DNA from: Candidatus Heimdallarchaeota archaeon
GTDB lineage: Archaea; Asgardarchaeota; Heimdallarchaeia; Heimdallarchaeales; Kariarchaeaceae
Length of the DNA: 31,927 nucleotides
NCBI GenBank assembly: GCA_015523565.1
Contig: WAKA01000222.1
Coordinates: 1-31,927, forward strand
Direction: 5' to 3'
Positions 26,706-31,927 of this stretch are shown one piece after another. The position numbers were made by a program, and so were the translations under genes. Under the pieces are notes generated by a model that saw nothing but the letters and a program-made list of their open reading frames with translations, was not told where the DNA came from and did not search any database. Position 1 is the stretch's first letter; each line of letters begins with the position of its first letter.

Positions 26706-27737
26706 TTAGGGTGCTTGGATTAATCCCCATCCATATCCTGTATCATGGCCTGCTGGACCCAAATCCAGTGCATTTGCCTTTAGCCAATCATATACTGCTG
26801 CAGGGTCTCTTGTGCCACCCATTGCCAAATAGAGGGCAACAAGACCACTTACGTGTGGTGTGGCCATAGAGGTTCCAGAAAGGGTGTCATATCCTCCGCC
26901 CTTATATGTTGAATAGATGTTTTTACCTGGTGCGGCAAAATCAATATAATCTCCAGAATTGGAAAAGCTTGCAAGTGAATCGTCCTTATCCGTTGCTGCA
27001 ACAGCAATTACTTCGGGATATGCTGCGGGATATCCCATTTCAGTTGTGGATGGGTCGCCGTCTCCATCATTACCTGCTGCTGCAACAAGTGTGATCCCTG
27101 CATTATACAATTCAATTATCTTATCATGAACCGCTTGTCCAGGGTCGCTTGATGCTCCCAATGACATACTTACGACATCTGCATCGTCTGCGGTTCCAAC
27201 AACTCCATCTGGACCTCTCATTGCCAAATCCAATCCTGTAATCAGATCATCCCATGATCCAGATCCACCATTTCCTAAAACTTTAATGGCATAGATTTGT
27301 ACGTTGGCATACATCCCCACAACTCCGTTGTTATCCCTGATTGCACCAATTGTGCCTGCTACATGTGTTCCATGCCCATTTTTGTCATCTGCACTGTTTC
27401 CACCTGTTGCATCTACTGCCCATGCAATATTTGGTGCAAGGTCTGGGTGGTCAAGATCAATACCTGTGTCCAAAATAGCAACTTGAACCGCTGTTGTGTA
27501 TTGATCCCCATAATAGTTGCCGTTGAAAACCCTTTCAATTCCCCACGGTGTCTCAGGATCACTATCTTCCCAAGGGTATGTTGTTCCACTGTCACAAGTA
27601 CCAAAGAGGGAGCAAGGCGGTCCCCCAACTTGAATTGTTGGATCTTCAACCAAATTTGGGACTGCCATTGCAATTCCTAACCCAAAGGTTGAGACAAAAA
27701 ATATTGATATGATCAATGTTGCTTTTAACTTTTGCAT
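26706..27737 (-). CDS. Secreted subtilisin-like serine protease (S8)
   Basis: Signal peptide; catalytic 'ILDTG', 'HGTHVAG' and 'GTSMATPHV'; oxyanion 'AAAGN'. Confidence 0.95.
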   Translation of the reverse strand: MQKLKATLIISIFFVSTFGLGIAMAVPNLVEDPTIQVGGPPCSLFGTCDSGTTYPWEDSDPETPWGIERVFNGNYYGDQYTTAVQVAILDTGIDLDHPDLAPNIAWAVDATGGNSADDKNGHGTHVAGTIGAIRDNNGVVGMYANVQIYAIKVLGNGGSGSWDDLITGLDLAMRGPDGVVGTADDADVVSMSLGASSDPGQAVHDKIIELYNAGITLVAAAGNDGDGDPSTTEMGYPAAYPEVIAVAATDKDDSLASFSNSGDYIDFAAPGKNIYSTYKGGGYDTLSGTSMATPHVSGLVALYLAMGGTRDPAAVYDWLKANALDLGPAGHDTGYGWGLIQAP

Positions 27738-28003
27738 AACGATCAACTCCGTCCGAAAGATGCGTTGTTGTTTGTCCTTGTTTTTCGTAATTCGACAATT
27801 TTATTCCGCACTTTCGAAACTCTAATTGCATGATTTTTTGAAATTTATATAAGTATTTCGTGAATTATTGTGTAATATGTGCGTCTTATCGAAGGAAAAT
27901 TTTCATAGTTGCACAAATCACCTTCTATGGATAATTATTCCTATTGTAACTATATGACAATTTTTCACGAAATATTTATATTTATTATGGAAATATATGG
28001 GTG

Positions 28004-28471
28004 ATGAAAACGTCATATGCTATTTTATTTATCACAACAATCTTGGCATTGTCTATGATTCCTCCTTCTTTTGGAAGAGTGAGTATAAACAATACACGGG
28101 AACAGACCATCAGTATTAACATTACCTTTGCAAATTATACTGACCTGGACGGTGATGGGTTTCAAGATGATGTTTATGCAGAAGTAGAAGTGAAGCTTGA
28201 TGGTAGCAGTGCTTATACTTTTGAATACAATGTAACATTGACATTACCTAGTGGACTTAGTTTCAGTTATAAATTTATAATTTCAACAAATTATCAATCC
28301 TTTATCATATATCATTATTTTTTTGACCATGCTATAGAGTCTGGTTGGTATACTTTAAATGCGGAGGCTACTCTAAACAATGGTGGTCGGTCAACAACGT
28401 CCAATACTTTTGTTTTTGATCCTCCTGGTGGCTCAGGCGGTTCTGATCCAGACCTTGTAATTTCAACATAA
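28004..28471 (+). CDS. Secreted small beta-rich (Ig-like) protein with a DxDxDG Ca-binding loop
   Basis: Signal peptide, 'DLDGDGFQDD', beta-strand pattern, C-terminal 'FDPPGGSGGSDP'. Confidence 0.72.
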   Translation: MKTSYAILFITTILALSMIPPSFGRVSINNTREQTISINITFANYTDLDGDGFQDDVYAEVEVKLDGSSAYTFEYNVTLTLPSGLSFSYKFIISTNYQSFIIYHYFFDHAIESGWYTLNAEATLNNGGRSTTSNTFVFDPPGGSGGSDPDLVIST

Positions 28472-28477
28472 ATTTAA

Positions 28478-29653
28478 TTGTGGGGATTCCAATTGAAGGA
28501 TTTCGGTTTAATTGAAAAAGTAGTAATGTTTAACCTATTACAAGACCCTACTATCAGTATCAATTCTCTCAGAAAGCTTCTTGAAGATCAAGGGTATCCT
28601 GTTAGCTATCACCAGCTTACACAGGCTTTTTCTTTTCTTTATACGTCTGGCATATTAAGGCAAAGTAAAGAAATTTATGATTCTGTTCTTCCTGGCAATT
28701 TACGACTTCAAACAGAGGTTGAAGGTCGATATTATCCAAAACGTTTAGGGTTGGTAAGACAAGATGTTGTCTTTTATGGATTTCCATCAGAAGATGCAAT
28801 CCATCGTTTTTTCAAAATTTGTGACCTGCATCCGTATACCCATTATCGAACAATCTATCTGGATGCAGGGACAAATGCTTATGTGCAATTTGACATACCG
28901 ATCGAAGCAAAGTCCTTGATGGAGAGGTTTTATAAGACCATTCAAAATGAATTGGGGTTACTTTCATATTCTAAAATAGAAGACGAACGTATGAGTCTGT
29001 CAAAACTAGATATAACATCATGGGTCTCACCAAACCATTGGGACTTTAGGATATTTGGAGCCAATTCCCTTGAAAGTGCTTGGAATTCTTTATCAGGGGG
29101 GACATATTATGAAATAAGGGAAATGGATAGTTTAATGGGCAAATTGGATATGTTGGATTTGTATCTTATAAGGGAATTAACAATTAACGGAAAGGTTCGA
29201 CCTGTAGATATTGCAAAATTTTATGAAAGAGACGCTTCAACTATTTCCCGCCGTATAAAGAGACTACAAAAAAGGGTGATGGCAAGTCCTGTTTTGCAAT
29301 ATGATCGCAAGATTTTTGATGTGACTGTTCCTCTGTTAATCACTGGAGATGCACATAGTGCAGACAAAATCAACAAATTCCATTTATTGCTGGAGTCCGA
29401 CCATTTTCCGTTTCGTGCATTCATGCGTTCTGAAAGATCTCGTTTCATACAAGTTGCTTGGCTACCGCCTTCAATTGCAGGGGAATATGGGTATTTTCTT
29501 TGGAAACAATTTGGAGACATAAAGTTTTCATTTCTTTATCTTTCCGAGAAATATTCTTGGGTTTATCCTTTTTATAACCTCAACTATGATTTTGAGAATA
29601 AACAATGGAAACATGATGAGGACTATTTAATCCATGATCCTATGACACTTTAA
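28478..29653 (+). CDS. Tandem winged-HTH / Lrp-AsnC-like transcriptional regulator
   Basis: Internal Lrp-type HTH 'LDMLDLYLIRELTINGKVRPVDIAKFYERDASTISRRIKRL' and a degenerate N-terminal copy; start uncertain (28478, 28493 or 28526). Confidence 0.7.
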   Translation: MWGFQLKDFGLIEKVVMFNLLQDPTISINSLRKLLEDQGYPVSYHQLTQAFSFLYTSGILRQSKEIYDSVLPGNLRLQTEVEGRYYPKRLGLVRQDVVFYGFPSEDAIHRFFKICDLHPYTHYRTIYLDAGTNAYVQFDIPIEAKSLMERFYKTIQNELGLLSYSKIEDERMSLSKLDITSWVSPNHWDFRIFGANSLESAWNSLSGGTYYEIREMDSLMGKLDMLDLYLIRELTINGKVRPVDIAKFYERDASTISRRIKRLQKRVMASPVLQYDRKIFDVTVPLLITGDAHSADKINKFHLLLESDHFPFRAFMRSERSRFIQVAWLPPSIAGEYGYFLWKQFGDIKFSFLYLSEKYSWVYPFYNLNYDFENKQWKHDEDYLIHDPMTL

Positions 29654-31062
29654 TCTACTCGTTTTGCATCATGTCTAATGAAAACCATATGTGTCAAATC
29701 CAGTGCTTTTTCAAGTTCTTCGTCTGAAAGGAGATTTTCTTCCCTTACAACCTCTCGAATAGTCTTTCCTTCTTTATAGGCTTTTTTTGCCAACTCCGCA
29801 GCTTTGTCATAGCCGATCACTGGTGTCAGAGCTGTTGCAAGCATCAAAGATTTATCTACAAGGGATGCTATTCTTTCTTTGTTAGGTGTAATCCCCTCAA
29901 CTGCCTTTTTCCTGAATGAATCCATTCCCCTTGTCAATATGTCTATGCTTTCTAGGACGTTTGAGATTATCATTGGTTTCATCAGGTTAAGTTCATAAAA
30001 TCCCCATGTTCCTCCTGCTGTTACCGCTGAATCATTTGCAATGACTTGGACACCTACTTGAACCATCATTTCACATTGGGTTGGATTTACCTTTCCAGGC
30101 ATAATTGAAGAGCCTGGTTCGTTTTCAGGGAGATGTATCTCGCCAATGCCGCAACGCGGACCCGATGCAAGAAGCCTGATGTCATTTGCAATCTTAATCA
30201 AAGCAACAGCAAGTGTTTTCATGGCACCACTCACTGCCACAAGCCCATCCTTTCCAGCAAGCAATGCGAATTTGTTTCCTTCATCTGAGAACTGAACTCC
30301 TGTTCTTTCCGAGATAATCTCAATTGCCCTCTTTGACATGTCTGGATGTGCATTCAATCCAGTTCCCACTGCTGTACCTCCCAATGCTACGGGTCTTAAA
30401 AGTTCTTTTGCCTGCATAAGGGCATTTTTAGCAATAGTCAATTGGTGTGCATATCCACTGAACTCTTGACCCAATGTAAGTGGTACTGCATCTTGAAGAT
30501 GTGTTCGTCCAATTTTTACTATATCCATGAATTGTCTTGATTTTGTCTTAAATTCGTCTATAAGACTGTCTATGGATGGTATCAACCTCTTTTCAATCTC
30601 AACAAGAGCGGAAACATGCATTGCAGTTGGAATTACGTCATTGCTACTTTGTCCCTTGTTTACATGGTCATTTGGATGGACAGGGTTTTTTGAACCGACT
30701 TCACCACCCAATATTTGTATGGCTCTGTTTGCCAAAACCTCATTTGCGTTCATATTCGTTTGCGTTCCACTTCCTGTTTGAAAAATATCCAAAGGAAATT
30801 GGTCGAGGTGTTTTTCTTCATCAAGTATCTCTTCTGCGGCTTGGATAATCGCGTCTGCTATTTTCTTGTCGATTACGCCTAATTCCTTGTTTGCGATAGC
30901 AACAGCCCTTTTAATCTCAACCAATGCCCTGATAAAAGGTAACGGGAACTTTCTTGAAGAAATGCTGAAATTCATTAAAGATCTTTGGGTTTGTGCTCCC
31001 CAAAGCTTGTCAGCAGGGACTTGTACCTCTCCCATTGAATCTTTCTCTATTCTGAATGTCAT
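29650..31062 (-). CDS. fumC: Class II fumarate hydratase
   Basis: 'RIEKDSMG', 'QTGSGT', 'HPNDHVN', 'GRTHLQDA' and the signature 'GSSIMPGKVNP'. Confidence 0.96.
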   Translation of the reverse strand: MTFRIEKDSMGEVQVPADKLWGAQTQRSLMNFSISSRKFPLPFIRALVEIKRAVAIANKELGVIDKKIADAIIQAAEEILDEEKHLDQFPLDIFQTGSGTQTNMNANEVLANRAIQILGGEVGSKNPVHPNDHVNKGQSSNDVIPTAMHVSALVEIEKRLIPSIDSLIDEFKTKSRQFMDIVKIGRTHLQDAVPLTLGQEFSGYAHQLTIAKNALMQAKELLRPVALGGTAVGTGLNAHPDMSKRAIEIISERTGVQFSDEGNKFALLAGKDGLVAVSGAMKTLAVALIKIANDIRLLASGPRCGIGEIHLPENEPGSSIMPGKVNPTQCEMMVQVGVQVIANDSAVTAGGTWGFYELNLMKPMIISNVLESIDILTRGMDSFRKKAVEGITPNKERIASLVDKSLMLATALTPVIGYDKAAELAKKAYKEGKTIREVVREENLLSDEELEKALDLTHMVFIRHDAKRVD

Positions 31063-31189
31063 AATTTGAAATGCAGAAATTTTGTGTATAAGTGTTTAGT
31101 TTCTCCATATCCTTATTTAAAATCAATCAACAAAAAATTATAGGAAACTAGCCATGTTTTAATAAGAAACTTTTCTATTCATTGATAGA

Positions 31190-31927
31190 ATGAAAAAAAT
31201 AAGTTTTGATATCCAAAACGGAAAAGAAATAAAACTAAATTCCATATTCAAAACTGATTCTCTCAAAATTTGGCTTCCCACTGAAAAGGATTTGGAAGAA
31301 GAATTTTTTTTGAAAGTTCCTGATGGGGGGACAACCTTACTTTACGATTCATCTGATCGGGACGTCTCTTGGAAAGATGTTACTGGATATACATCAGTAA
31401 GCTTTATTCCCACCTCTAAGGAAGATGGGATTGTTTTTATTCCCCAAATTCTCAAACTACCGATAAGGCTTGATTTATCCTCACAACCAATAGATGTGAT
31501 ATTTTATTTTGACGCATCCTTGGCATCTGCAATGTCAACATCATTCCTAAAAATTCCTCCTTCAGAATTTTTGGGGCAACTACTTTCCCGCGTAATAATG
31601 ATCATTTCTAGCCCTTTGGATGAAATGAATGCATTTAAAGACAAAAGGGCAGGTGATATGGTTGCAGGTGAAAATATTCCTGGCGTGAGCTTAAAATTCA
31701 GTTTGTTAGGATTGAAATTGGAAAAAATTGAGCTTTCTGATAAAAAAACGGAAGAACTTGTTAACCCTGAGTTTGCAGATTTAACAAAGCTCCCTAAATT
31801 AGAAATTTCACAAGAAAAATCTAATGAATCCCCAATATTCTCCACTCAATCCTCACAAATGCAGGAAATTGAAGAAGATGAGGCTGAAGAAGAAGAAATG
31901 CAGGAAATTGAAGAAGATGAGGCTGAA
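31190..31927 (+). CDS. Hypothetical protein, truncated by the window end, running into an acidic repeat
   Basis: ATG at 31190 (MKKISFDIQNGK...) stays open for 246 codons to the last base; absent from the ORF track because it has no stop codon. Confidence 0.75.
   Translation, partial: MKKISFDIQNGKEIKLNSIFKTDSLKIWLPTEKDLEEEFFLKVPDGGTTLLYDSSDRDVSWKDVTGYTSVSFIPTSKEDGIVFIPQILKLPIRLDLSSQPIDVIFYFDASLASAMSTSFLKIPPSEFLGQLLSRVIMIISSPLDEMNAFKDKRAGDMVAGENIPGVSLKFSLLGLKLEKIELSDKKTEELVNPEFADLTKLPKLEISQEKSNESPIFSTQSSQMQEIEEDEAEEEEMQEIEEDEAE
31859..31927 (+). repeat. 39-bp coding tandem repeat (MQEIEEDEAEEEE), incomplete
   Basis: atgcaggaaattgaagaagatgaggctgaa occurs at 31859 and again at 31898. Confidence 0.9.

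Noticed and set aside
31504-31845. 113-aa minus-strand ORF
   Set aside because: Antisense to the longer open + frame starting at 31190.

Overview
AT-rich, gene-dense archaeal chromosomal window. A tRNA-splicing endonuclease, a PolB2-type polymerase and GGTGA/GGAGG ribosome-binding sites indicate an archaeon. The gene mix suggests Asgard archaea, but that is an inference and not a database result. About 27 protein-coding genes can be supported; no tRNA, rRNA, CRISPR array or mobile element was recognised. Ordinary content includes a DMT transporter, a GT4 glycosyltransferase, an NSAR/OSBS enolase with its GNAT partner and RidA, plsY, pyk, endA, uppP, icmF, an orphan beta-class DNA methyltransferase, a subtilisin, an Lrp-like regulator and fumC. 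The two strongest novelty candidates are (1) a translationally coupled three-gene operon with two divergent paralogous tubulin/FtsZ-superfamily GTPases flanking a ~7-TM membrane protein (11374-15303), whose T7 loops differ asymmetrically, and (2) a protein with a coiled coil, a Pro-rich tract, 12 Gly-rich decapeptide repeats and three tandem WH2-like (LSSLKKV) motifs, which resembles a eukaryotic actin nucleator (19840-21027). Also notable are a RadA-like/PolB2 cassette with a canonical PIP box and repeated upstream operator-like motifs, a stand-alone C2-like domain, bacterial-type PlsY, and a CGCG-dense promoter in front of the methyltransferase.
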